Shown here piece after piece: positions 1 through 8,123 of a DNA stretch of 38,263 nucleotides. Each line of letters begins with the position of its first letter. Position 1 is the stretch's first letter. Source of the DNA: a virus (lineage: Duplodnaviria; Caudoviricetes); the IMG/VR virus record IMGVR_UViG_3300049182_000029, positions 1 through 38,263 of that record; one strand, written 5' to 3'. Made by a program: the position numbers and the translations under genes. Under the pieces are notes generated by a model. That model worked only from the letters and a program-made list of their open reading frames with translations. It made no database searches and was not told the origin of the DNA.

Positions 1-127
1 AATAAGCGCCTCCGCTTTATCCATCGCCTGACTTTGCCCGCGTTCTCCTGGTTTCTTCATTGCGTTTTCTCCTGTGTTTGTTGACGCATGCCTAATGTAC
101 AGCTTTAGACTTACGTACGCAACATCT
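1..127. repeat. Terminal direct repeat, copy 1 (likely assembly overlap)
   Basis: Identical to 38137-38263; 127 nt is a common assembler k-mer; the repeat boundary falls inside a gene. Confidence 0.95.
94..122 (-). promoter_or_regulatory. Sigma70-like promoter for the leftward operon that continues across the circular junction
   Basis: Minus strand TTGCGT-N17-TACATT, followed by an AGGAG RBS and ATG (position 60, equivalent to 38196). Confidence 0.65.
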
Positions 128-135
128 TTTTACAC

Positions 136-160
136 AAAAAAGCCGTCGCACGGACGGCTT
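136..160 (-). terminator. Rho-independent terminator of the recombination operon
   Basis: Minus strand AAGCCGTC-cgtgc-GACGGCTT continuing into a T-run, just after the stop at 170. Confidence 0.8.
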
Positions 161-169
161 CGAAGTTGC

Positions 170-829
170 TTACTCGTATTCAGGATTCGGGGGATCGCTG
201 AAATCTGGTTCGGACAGTACCAATTCTTCCGGGGACTGCGCGCCGACCGGGTTAAAGAAAGCGGCTTCCGCTTTCGTGCGCGCCTCGCTCAACGGCTCGT
301 GCGAAAGTTGCTCGGCTTGTTCGAAGTTGTCCGGCGCCTGCTCGATCTCGGCCTGCTCCAGGCTGATGAGCATTTGCTGGTTGCTAGCGCGTAGCAGCTT
401 GAGCAATGCTTCTTCGTCGTCCATGACGCCCAGCTTGACGCGCAGGCCGAGCTTGACCGTCCCGCCCTGGAGCAATTCGAACGTGAATTTGTCGGCTTCG
501 CGGTTGATCAGTTGCAGACTTTCGCGCTCGTCGTCCTCGTCATGAATTACAAGGATAATGCGGCCCATGGACAGTTCCCAGTCGATCGGCCCGAACTCGG
601 GAAAGCGCAGCGTGTTGAACGTCTGGCCGTCTACCAGATCGCCCTGTTCCTGGGTGTAGAGCATGGGCCGCAGCTCAGGATTAAGCTTCGACAGTACCGC
701 ATTGGCGAAGCTGCCCGACAGCATGACGTCGTACGCGTTAACATCTTCGTCGCCGTGCTTTTCGGTGCGCAGCTTGACCTTAACGTTCATGCGTTCGCGG
801 ACAAGGTAAAAAGGATCGTGCATGCTCAT
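170..829 (-). CDS. Hypothetical phage protein, acidic C-terminus
   Basis: ORF 170..871; probable start MSMHDPF at 829 with AAAGG RBS; follows exo in the operon. Confidence 0.75.
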   Translation of the reverse strand: MSMHDPFYLVRERMNVKVKLRTEKHGDEDVNAYDVMLSGSFANAVLSKLNPELRPMLYTQEQGDLVDGQTFNTLRFPEFGPIDWELSMGRIILVIHDEDDERESLQLINREADKFTFELLQGGTVKLGLRVKLGVMDDEEALLKLLRASNQQMLISLEQAEIEQAPDNFEQAEQLSHEPLSEARTKAEAAFFNPVGAQSPEELVLSEPDFSDPPNPEYE

Positions 830-854
830 GGTATTGCCTTTCAGGTGTGTGAAA

Positions 855-1484
855 TTATTGTTTGACGCCATAGCGCGCTAGCAGCGCGCGCACGTTCTCG
901 TTGATCTCTTCAACGGCGCTGAGAACCTTTGCTCCCATGTCAGCGATATACGCGTCATCGCGTTTGATGGTCTGGATATAGAGCTGCATCCCTGGCGGAA
1001 ACAGCGGATGAAAACTGACGAAGTCCCACTCGTCGCACTCGCAGCACCACATGCCGCCCTGCACCTGGGGCATGTGTTCGTCCGGCATGCCGTTGAGCAG
1101 CGTATCGAGATGCACGGTTGGCGTGTACGGGCACTTTGATTCGTAGCCCTTGCGGGCACCTAGCAGGCCGTCAGGCGAGCAGCCCACTTGCATGTACTTC
1201 GGATGCCGGACGAAGCCGACTTCCTCGCAGAAGGCGCCTGTCGCGGCTTCGTAGTGCATACGCGCGATTGGCTCGTGCGTGTTGCCCCAGTCGGTCGCCT
1301 TCGAGGTCCACATCGCGCCGGGGCGGCCGGTCAGCAGCTCCAGCGTGATTTCGGTAATGGCCGTCTCGCGCGACTTCAGGAACTTTTTCCCGGTCTTGTC
1401 CATGGCGATGACTTCACCGAAGCGCGAGCCGGTCACATGGCCAAGGCGTTCGAGCAGCCATGCTTCGCTTTTCTGGTCGCTCAC
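855..1484 (-). CDS. exo: YqaJ/lambda-type exonuclease
   Basis: WLLERLGHVTGS, WGNTHEP, CSPDGL, ESKCP and QVQGGMW motifs; adjacent to Bet. Confidence 0.92.
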   Translation of the reverse strand: MSDQKSEAWLLERLGHVTGSRFGEVIAMDKTGKKFLKSRETAITEITLELLTGRPGAMWTSKATDWGNTHEPIARMHYEAATGAFCEEVGFVRHPKYMQVGCSPDGLLGARKGYESKCPYTPTVHLDTLLNGMPDEHMPQVQGGMWCCECDEWDFVSFHPLFPPGMQLYIQTIKRDDAYIADMGAKVLSAVEEINENVRALLARYGVKQ

Positions 1485-2356
1485 GCGTCACCCGTTCGCG
1501 CGAGGTCAGCGGCTTCAATCTCGGCATCGGTCATGGGTGTGGTGGGCTCAAGTTCGGCAGTGCGCGCAGCTTCGGCCGACTTCAGTTCGGCACCACGGGC
1601 GCGGACCGCCTCCTTAAATCGGTCATACAGCCCCTTATCGCCCGCCGCTTGAATTTCCTTGATGCCAGCTTGCCAAATAGCAGCTACCTCGGCGGAAGTC
1701 TCACATACGCCGGCAACCGCTACCCAGTCAGCCGACAGCGTGGCGGTTGGCGGCGTGATGTCGATCTCGGCGCCGATGCTCTTGCCTTCCATTTCCTCGG
1801 CGGTCGGCGCGCTGCCCACTTCCGGAAAGCCCTTCCGCAGCGCCTGGGCCTCGGCGCACTTGGCAATCTGGCCGCGCGAGCGCTTCTTCCACATCGTGTT
1901 TGGCGCGGTCGTATCCTTGCCGGCCACCGCGTAGTTCTCGGCCCAGTATTCGGTTGCAACGAACGCACAGCGCACGCCGGCTTTCATGCGCCACACGGTG
2001 ACGCTGCACCACTCGGGCACGGTGACTGCACCGCCCGTAACTTGCAACTCGACCATTGGGCCGAACACCGGTTCGTCGGTTCCGACATGCTCACCCGTGC
2101 GCGCCGCCTGGGTACGATACAGGCTGATCCCGGGCATGACGACATCGCGCATGGACCGGCTGTTCTTGTCCCACATCGGCACAATGTGCACCGGCTTTTG
2201 CATCGGGTCCAGCCCGGCCGCTTGGCAGTAGCCCAGCACCATCTGCACGGAGCCGATTTGCGCGCCTGGGTACAACGAGTTTTGAAGCACTCGAATCAGT
2301 TCTTCTTCTGTCTGCGCTACTACTGCGCCGCCCTGCTGCACTGTGATATTGCTCAT
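1481..2356 (-). CDS. bet: Phage recombination protein Bet (RecT/Bet single-strand annealing protein)
   Basis: YCQAAGLDPMQKPVHIVP, GISLYR, MWKKR..QIAKCAEAQALRKGFP and TAEEM motifs; GTGA overlap with exo. Confidence 0.92.
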   Translation of the reverse strand: MSNITVQQGGAVVAQTEEELIRVLQNSLYPGAQIGSVQMVLGYCQAAGLDPMQKPVHIVPMWDKNSRSMRDVVMPGISLYRTQAARTGEHVGTDEPVFGPMVELQVTGGAVTVPEWCSVTVWRMKAGVRCAFVATEYWAENYAVAGKDTTAPNTMWKKRSRGQIAKCAEAQALRKGFPEVGSAPTAEEMEGKSIGAEIDITPPTATLSADWVAVAGVCETSAEVAAIWQAGIKEIQAAGDKGLYDRFKEAVRARGAELKSAEAARTAELEPTTPMTDAEIEAADLARTGDA

Positions 2357-2384
2357 CCCTGTTTCTCCTGTTGTTGTAAATTGG

Positions 2385-3584
2385 TTACAGCGGTTCGCCG
2401 GTCAGTTCTTCGCCTACGCTTACCAGCTTCTCGAACAAGAACGACTGCAGCTCGCGGGACATGTCTTTCCAGCCGTGGCGCAAGTGCAGGTATTCTTCGA
2501 TCAACGTGGAGGCCAGCTGTTTCGTGCCGCCCAGCTGAAAGACGCGCTCCGCAATGAAAATGGTTTCAGCTTCTGCCAGGCCGAGGCAGCCTTCGCCCAA
2601 GCTTTCGACAACCTTGATAGGGTAGCTGCCGTCAATTGGGAAACCGAGCTTGCCGCAGAATTCCAGCGCGCGCGCCATGCTCTTTTGCTGAACAACCGTG
2701 AGCTGAATTTCACGCGGTTCAAAGTGCCGCTTGGTTGCATCCTGCCAGACCTTACGCGCCGACTGGTTCATGATCGTCATGCGGTCACCAACCATCGAGC
2801 CGCACACTTCGAGGAACGCTTCTGAGGGCGCCGTGCCGTAGCCGTGGAAATCCAGATCATGCTCGAACGTGCCATCTTTGGCGGCAATCACGCTGCGCAG
2901 AAACTGCTTGTTGTCCGAGCGCAGAATGGCGCACGCAATACGAACGCGCGGCGTGTACTGGCATTTCACCGTGCGATCCTCGGTCAACTCCAGCATGGCC
3001 GTATCGTTGTAGGTGTAGATACCCGGGGCATGGTGCCGCATGACGCGCACGCCGCGGTAGTAAAAGTCAGCACTAGGCCGATTGCGCACTTCGATATTGC
3101 CGGAAACGAACAGCGGCTCATCTTCCAAGATGTATTCGTGGCGATGCGCGAAGACAGCCTCAAACGCTTCCCCCTGAACGACGATCATGGTGCTGCCAGA
3201 CTCTGGCGCCGGCGTGTCAAATTCGAATGTGCCTTCGCCGTTCTCGTCTTTGCAGTTGCAGGCGATCTCACGGTATGCCATCCACAATTCCCACATCTTG
3301 CCCAGCTCAGTCGTGAAGCCGATGCTCACGGGCTGCTCATCGTTTTCCTGCATGGTCACGAATGCAAAGTCTTGGCCGCGCACCTGGTCGTTCTTGATGG
3401 CGAACTTAATCACGTTCAGGCCCGAGTAAATCGTTACACCGTGGCCGGTGCGCAGCAGCACGGCGATAGCATATTTCAGGCCGGTGCCAAAGAACCCGAT
3501 TGGGTTATTGCCCTGCTTGACGCTGACGCCAAACGTGGAAATCGAGCGCACATCAATTTCACCTGCATTTTTGAAGACAATCAT
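2385..3584 (-). CDS. GHKL/HATPase-like ATP-binding protein with re-ordered motifs
   Basis: FGVSVK...IGFFGTGLKYAIAVLLR (G2 box); REIACNCKDE (N-box-like); C-terminal TLIEEYLH. Confidence 0.7.
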   Translation of the reverse strand: MIVFKNAGEIDVRSISTFGVSVKQGNNPIGFFGTGLKYAIAVLLRTGHGVTIYSGLNVIKFAIKNDQVRGQDFAFVTMQENDEQPVSIGFTTELGKMWELWMAYREIACNCKDENGEGTFEFDTPAPESGSTMIVVQGEAFEAVFAHRHEYILEDEPLFVSGNIEVRNRPSADFYYRGVRVMRHHAPGIYTYNDTAMLELTEDRTVKCQYTPRVRIACAILRSDNKQFLRSVIAAKDGTFEHDLDFHGYGTAPSEAFLEVCGSMVGDRMTIMNQSARKVWQDATKRHFEPREIQLTVVQQKSMARALEFCGKLGFPIDGSYPIKVVESLGEGCLGLAEAETIFIAERVFQLGGTKQLASTLIEEYLHLRHGWKDMSRELQSFLFEKLVSVGEELTGEPL

Positions 3585-3605
3585 TTTGTTCCCTTTCAGT
3601 TTTAG

Positions 3606-3788
3606 TTAGATGGTGCGATTTTTTGCAGCCAGGATGCGCATTACGCCCGGCAGGTTGTTGACCTTGACGCACTCGGCGCAGGTGCACGGAGCAGCGGCCA
3701 GGCGCTCACGGGCGCCAGCGGCGATGATGCGCGCTTGCTCGGCGCGGTCGACTACGGGGAACCCGTACAGATTGCGGTCGGCGCTCAC
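3606..3788 (-). CDS. Small hypothetical protein (CxCxxC)
   Basis: ORF 3606..3806; GTG at 3788 overlaps the upstream stop (GTGA). Confidence 0.55.
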   Translation of the reverse strand: MSADRNLYGFPVVDRAEQARIIAAGARERLAAAPCTCAECVKVNNLPGVMRILAAKNRTI

Positions 3789-4000
3789 AGCGGCAGCTCC
3801 AACCAAGACGACAGCACCAGCGCCAGCACAACAGCGCCAGCAGCAAACAGCACAGCATTGCGATCACGGCGCACGGCGGCCATCATGGCGCGCTCCGAAA
3901 CAGACATGCCGATACCGGCCGGCATGCGGGTGCAGTCCTTCGGCAAGTGGTCGAACGTCTGGCACTTGCCGCAGTATTTAGGGAATCGAGTGGACATCAT
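3785..4000 (-). CDS. Small protein with CxxC...H...C and a C-terminal transmembrane helix
   Basis: GGAG RBS; CGKC..DH...C; hydrophobic AVLFAAGAVVLALVL. Confidence 0.65.
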   Translation of the reverse strand: MMSTRFPKYCGKCQTFDHLPKDCTRMPAGIGMSVSERAMMAAVRRDRNAVLFAAGAVVLALVLSSWLELPL

Positions 4001-4046
4001 TTTCTCCGTTTTTTTATGCGCCAGCCGGGTGACTGGCGCGGGTTGA

Positions 4047-4289
4047 TTAGTTGAACAGTTTGGCTGCGATCAGTTCGCTGGCGTGCGCGGTTTCGGTGTC
4101 GCCGTCTTCGCGGTCGGCAATTTCCACCGTTCCATCCATAAAGCAGACGTTCAGGAAGCGGTCGCTGTATTTGCAATTCGGCTGCATGCGCGGGCTGATG
4201 GTCGCCAGCAGCTTGCCTTCAGGCGTTTCGGCGATAAATTCAGTTTTTCCCTTCGTGGTGCCGTTTGCTTTGATTGCGAAGTTAATCAT
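4047..4289 (-). CDS. Hypothetical protein, first gene of the leftward early operon
   Basis: Start MINFAIK at 4289 with AGGGG RBS, downstream of a promoter. Confidence 0.7.
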   Translation of the reverse strand: MINFAIKANGTTKGKTEFIAETPEGKLLATISPRMQPNCKYSDRFLNVCFMDGTVEIADREDGDTETAHASELIAAKLFN

Positions 4290-4326
4290 TTTCTTCCCCT
4301 TGGTTGTTTGTGATCCGATGAGGAGC

Positions 4327-4355
4327 AGTATTTCACGGAATAACGAATCGTGCAA
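4327..4355 (-). promoter_or_regulatory. Leftward early promoter
   Basis: TTGCAC-N17-AATACT on the minus strand. Confidence 0.6.
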
Positions 4356-4389
4356 GCACTTTCGTTCGTCCGCAAACAACAAATTGTGC

Positions 4390-4418
4390 TTTACAAGATA
4401 ACGGTGCCGTGAAACAAT
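4390..4418 (+). promoter_or_regulatory. Rightward early promoter
   Basis: TTTACA-N17-AACAAT followed by an AGGAGG RBS and ATG at 4443. Confidence 0.6.
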
Positions 4419-4442
4419 GAAGTCTCTTACAAGGAGGTTTAC

Positions 4443-4676
4443 ATGGCAACCAGAAAAACTACTGACAATTCCGGCTCACTCTTTAACAACATCATGATCA
4501 AGCACAAGTTGAAACGCGATGCGGATCTTGCCGAATTCACCGGCATGACGAAGTCGTATATCAGCGAGGTTCGACACGGCAAGCGCGAAGTTGGCGACCA
4601 AGTGCTGGTTCGCATCTGCGACCGCACCGGCATGTCGCTGAAGTCGGTCAAAGCACAGATCGCGGAGCGCGGATAA
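4443..4676 (+). CDS. XRE/Cro-like HTH regulator
   Basis: DADLAEFTGMTKSYISEVRHGKREVG HTH; first gene after the divergent promoters. Confidence 0.85.
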   Translation: MATRKTTDNSGSLFNNIMIKHKLKRDADLAEFTGMTKSYISEVRHGKREVGDQVLVRICDRTGMSLKSVKAQIAERG

Positions 4677-5134
4677 TGCCGACCTTCCAGAAACGCACAA
4701 TTTACCTGCGCGAGGAAAAGCAGCGCGAGACTCTGTTGGCGCTGATCCCAAATCTGCCGCTCGACGACGCGCGCCCGCTGCAAATTACGATCGAGGAATA
4801 CCGGCCGACGCGCAAGCTGTCGCAGCAGGCGTATCTGTTTGCTGGCCCGCTGCGCGATATTGCAGAGCAAGCCTGGATTGATGGCAAACAATTCAGTGCT
4901 GATGTCTTGCATGAGTTCCTGAAACGCGAACTGCTTCCGGAAGAATTCGACCCTGAATTTTGCAAGGACGACTACCAAAAGTGGCGTTACGACCCGAAGG
5001 GTAATCGCATCCTGGTCGGCAGCACGACTGGTCTTACTGTCAAGGGGTTTGCCCGCTACACCGAGCAAGTGATTGCTTTTGGCGCGGCGCTTGGAGTTTC
5101 ATTTACTGAGAGGTCAGAACATGGGAATGCTTGA
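4676..5134 (+). CDS. ninB: NinB/YbcN-family recombination protein
   Basis: RKLSQQAYL, DIAEQA, HEFLKRELL and STTGLTVKGFARYTEQVIAFGA pattern. Confidence 0.8.
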   Translation: MPTFQKRTIYLREEKQRETLLALIPNLPLDDARPLQITIEEYRPTRKLSQQAYLFAGPLRDIAEQAWIDGKQFSADVLHEFLKRELLPEEFDPEFCKDDYQKWRYDPKGNRILVGSTTGLTVKGFARYTEQVIAFGAALGVSFTERSEHGNA

Positions 5135-5588
5135 GCGATTCGATGAAAAGATTCAGCGGTCCGACGGCTGCTGGAACTGGGCGGGCGCCATCAATGCGCA
5201 AGGCTACGGTAACTTCTGGACTGGCAAGGCTTATATGGGCGCGCACCGAATCGCTTACGTTGTATTCACCCGCGAAGAAATACCAGCCGGGAAGATGGTC
5301 TGTCACTCGTGCGATAACCGCGCTTGCGTCAACCCATCACATTTGTTTGCAGGTACTGCGAAAGAAAATACCGCTGACATGATTAGCAAGGGCCGGCAGA
5401 GTGCAGCGGTTGCAGGTGGTGCCGGGCATCCAATGGCGAAGCTCAATGATCAGGCGGTGACGAGCATGCGCGCTCAGCGCACAGCTGGGAAGCTGCTCCG
5501 TGAAATTGCGGCTCAACATGACGTTTCTGAGGCAACGGTATCGCTGGTTTGCTCGATGAAGATCTGGAAAACGGAGCGTGCACAATGA
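5121..5588 (+). CDS. HNH endonuclease with C-terminal HTH
   Basis: CWNWAG..GYG..AHRIAY..VCHSCDNRACVNPSHL..GT..EN; start at 5121 after GAGG. Confidence 0.9.
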   Translation: MGMLERFDEKIQRSDGCWNWAGAINAQGYGNFWTGKAYMGAHRIAYVVFTREEIPAGKMVCHSCDNRACVNPSHLFAGTAKENTADMISKGRQSAAVAGGAGHPMAKLNDQAVTSMRAQRTAGKLLREIAAQHDVSEATVSLVCSMKIWKTERAQ

Positions 5589-6070
5589 GCGCGCGCATCT
5601 GCAACCGCGAAGGATGCGCGCGGGAAGTCTTCGCACGGGCGAAGTGCTTCAGCCACTACAATTCGATGATCAAATCGCTTCGGCGCCAGGGCAGCACGCT
5701 GTTTGCGAAGGTCGACACCTGGACGGAAATCCAGAAGTACATGCCGGGCACGCTGGTGCAGCTCGCGGAGCGTTCCGAGATCGGCTACAACGCAGTCCGG
5801 GAGACGATCAACAAGCGGCACGCGGCCGGCGAGTGTCACGTTGCGGAACAACTGCCGCCGGCCGCGAGCGATGGCGGCGGACGCTGGGTCAACGTATATG
5901 CGCTTGGCCCTGGTGAAGACCATGTTGTATCGGACCGCCGAAAGAAGGCATTCGCCCTGCGCGGCCGCCGCAAGTCGCATGCGGCCCTGGTCGCGCGGAA
6001 AAAGCAACAGCCGCAGTTCGTCACCATCTGGAACCTGGCGTTTTTCAACCCAGCGGAGATGCGGCCATGA
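5585..6070 (+). CDS. Hypothetical protein (N-terminal Cys/His finger, possible wHTH)
   Basis: C...GC......KC..HY; GTLVQLAERSEIGYNAVRETI; ATGA overlaps. Confidence 0.7.
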   Translation: MSARICNREGCAREVFARAKCFSHYNSMIKSLRRQGSTLFAKVDTWTEIQKYMPGTLVQLAERSEIGYNAVRETINKRHAAGECHVAEQLPPAASDGGGRWVNVYALGPGEDHVVSDRRKKAFALRGRRKSHAALVARKKQQPQFVTIWNLAFFNPAEMRP

Positions 6071-6441
6071 AGCGCGGCGCGCCGATGAAGCGAACCGCAT
6101 TCAAGGCCAAGGCGGCGCCCGCCAAGCGCGCCACGCTCAAGACCAAGCAGCGCGCTGTCTCCCCTGTCGAAAAGGCGCTGTGGGATCGCCTGGCCAGCCT
6201 GGGCTGTATCGCCTGCATGAAGGACGGCCGGTACAACCCGCACGTGAGCATTCACCACGTTGACGGCCGCACGAAGCCGGGCTGCCATCTGCTGGTGCTG
6301 CCGCTGTGCGGACCGCATCACCAAGATGATGGGTCCGGCGCAGTGGCCGTGCATCCGTGGAAAGCGCGATTCGAAAAGCTGTACGGGCGCCAGCTCGACC
6401 TGGTGAACGAGTGCATGTCCCTACTGGAGAAAATGAAATGA
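6067..6441 (+). CDS. Ref-family (RecA-dependent) recombination enhancement nuclease
   Basis: Basic N-terminus; GCIAC..IHH..LPLC..HHQ..VHP..FEKLYG. Confidence 0.8.
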   Translation: MKRGAPMKRTAFKAKAAPAKRATLKTKQRAVSPVEKALWDRLASLGCIACMKDGRYNPHVSIHHVDGRTKPGCHLLVLPLCGPHHQDDGSGAVAVHPWKARFEKLYGRQLDLVNECMSLLEKMK

Positions 6442-6749
6442 ACTATCGACTAGAAGCATTCCTGAACCGCTTCCGTCCTGTGCTGACTGGTGAAATCGTC
6501 GGCAAGGTTGTTGTGCTGGACAACCGCATTGTGCGCAAACTGAAACTGCGCAATTGCATCGTTGCCTATGGCGGTGGCTCACTGGATGCAGATGGAATGT
6601 ATGCAAGCCATTGCCGGTTTACGTTCTTCGGTGCGGCCGGCGCCACGCTCAAGGTAATGAAGCACTACGACCAGTCCAGCCCGGACCTGATCGCCAACAC
6701 ATTCCCCGGCGCGCTGTGCTATGACCGGATCGGGAGGCCTGCGCCATGA
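6438..6749 (+). CDS. Hypothetical protein
   Basis: ATGA-coupled to both neighbours. Confidence 0.65.
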   Translation: MNYRLEAFLNRFRPVLTGEIVGKVVVLDNRIVRKLKLRNCIVAYGGGSLDADGMYASHCRFTFFGAAGATLKVMKHYDQSSPDLIANTFPGALCYDRIGRPAP

Positions 6750-6958
6750 AGCCGAAACAGAATTGCGGCACCTGCCGCTACAGCGAGGGCTGGTCGATGA
6801 CGATCTCGGGCGGCTTCCGCTCGGGCGTGCGCGGGAAGTGCTTGTACCAGGTCGGCGCTCTGCCTGTCGTTCCGAAATGCGTGGTGCTGTACGAGTCGCG
6901 CGTGTCGGTCATGCCGCAGGATGGCGCGACCTGTGCGGTATGGGAGGCGAAACCATGA
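6746..6958 (+). CDS. Small Cys-rich hypothetical protein
   Basis: CGTCRY...C...C.VW pattern; translationally coupled. Confidence 0.65.
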   Translation: MKPKQNCGTCRYSEGWSMTISGGFRSGVRGKCLYQVGALPVVPKCVVLYESRVSVMPQDGATCAVWEAKP

Positions 6959-7323
6959 AGACCGACCGCGAACTGCTGGAGCTGGCGGCCAAGGCTGCTG
7001 GTATTGCCGTCCATATTGTCGGGGATGACGTGTCTGGTAGTGAAGTCACGTTTTATATCTCGCCAGATATGCTGTTCTGGAACCCGCTCACCGACGACGG
7101 CGACGCGCTGCGCCTGGCGGTGAAACTTCATTTTGATTTGCTGTTCCACTGGAATGGCTGTGATGACCAATATGACGAAGTTGAAGCGTACACACACGGT
7201 GCGAAAAAGGATGCTGGCGAGGTAATTGGTTTTTATCTCAATGGCGGACAAGTTGACGAGGGTGCCGCCACCCGCCGCGCCATTGTCCGTGCTGCCGCAG
7301 CTATTGTGGAGGCAATGCCATGA
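6955..7323 (+). CDS. Conserved phage hypothetical protein
   Basis: MKTDRELLELAAKAAG, WNPLTDDGDALRLAVKL and ATRRAIVRAAA motifs; start 6955 with GGAGG. Confidence 0.8.
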   Translation: MKTDRELLELAAKAAGIAVHIVGDDVSGSEVTFYISPDMLFWNPLTDDGDALRLAVKLHFDLLFHWNGCDDQYDEVEAYTHGAKKDAGEVIGFYLNGGQVDEGAATRRAIVRAAAAIVEAMP

Positions 7324-7769
7324 CGCAAATCGTTCTGACGCTGCCCGTTCTGAGCGCGAATAAATACTGGCGCCCGGCCAAGATCGGCAACCGCATGACC
7401 ATCGTGCCGACCAAGGAAGCTAAGCAGTACAAAACCGAGGTCGTGCGCTTGGCACGTGCGGCCGGCGTGGTGGCACCGATCAAGGGCCGCACGCAGTTGG
7501 AAATCTGGCTGTACCCACACCGCCCAATAGACTGGCAGAAGCGCCAGCGCCAGCACGGAGCGGCATGGGACGACACTGTGCAGTGCATTGATCTTGGAAA
7601 CTGCGAGAAAGTTTTGTCGGATGCGCTAAACGGCGTGTGTTTTGAGGATGATTCATGGCACCGCCGAATAATCAAACAGCGCATGGAGCCTGATGGCAAA
7701 GGATATCGCGTGGTCGTGCGAATCACCGCAATCGATGTCCCAAAACCGCAACTGGAGCTGACTGCATGA
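7320..7769 (+). CDS. rusA: RusA-family Holliday junction resolvase
   Basis: LP..SANKYWR; DLGNCEKVLSDALNGV..EDDS. Confidence 0.85.
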   Translation: MTQIVLTLPVLSANKYWRPAKIGNRMTIVPTKEAKQYKTEVVRLARAAGVVAPIKGRTQLEIWLYPHRPIDWQKRQRQHGAAWDDTVQCIDLGNCEKVLSDALNGVCFEDDSWHRRIIKQRMEPDGKGYRVVVRITAIDVPKPQLELTA

Positions 7770-7972
7770 CCCCAAGGTATCCGAAAGAACGCCGGTGCGG
7801 CTTCCGGCTGTCGCTTCCTGACCACGCTGTTCGATTGATGACGCGATCCGAGTACTACCAAGTGACCAGCTGGTTGCGACATTGCCGCCGCATGATCGCA
7901 ATGGAATTGGAGAATAATCAAAATATTCGATCAAGTTCCATCAAAACACTTGACCGGGATCAAAAGCTGTAA
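7766..7972 (+). CDS. Hypothetical protein
   Basis: ATGA-coupled to rusA; GGAG RBS. Confidence 0.5.
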   Translation: MTPRYPKERRCGFRLSLPDHAVRLMTRSEYYQVTSWLRHCRRMIAMELENNQNIRSSSIKTLDRDQKL

Positions 7973-7978
7973 GAACAT
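7950..7978 (+). promoter_or_regulatory. Putative promoter for the structured RNA and replication genes
   Basis: TTGACC-N17-GAACAT; predicted start near 7985 coincides with the first stem. Confidence 0.45.
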
Positions 7979-7984
7979 TCGTTT

Positions 7985-8123
7985 GTGCTTGGCGGCGCGG
8001 ATGAAGTAGCAAAAAGCGTTTCACATGGATTCCCGGAGGTCTTCGACCTTGCCGCCAGCCCCGCGAAAGCGGGAGGGGATTCCAGGTGAAACGCTTTTTT
8101 TTCGTCTGTACTCCGCCAAGCAC
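7985..8123 (+). ncRNA. Putative C4-like antisense/structured RNA
   Basis: Nested stems 7985-7995/8113-8123 and 8011-8024/8086-8099; inner hairpins 8036-8050 and CCCGC-GAAA-GCGGG at 8060-8073. Confidence 0.55.

Noticed and set aside
1-127. 127-bp repeat as a biological terminal repeat
   Set aside because: The length equals a common assembly k-mer and the boundary falls mid-gene; true termini cannot be inferred without reads
4018-4039. Hairpin GCGCCAG/CTGGCGC as a terminator
   Set aside because: No U-tract follows on the transcribed (minus) strand
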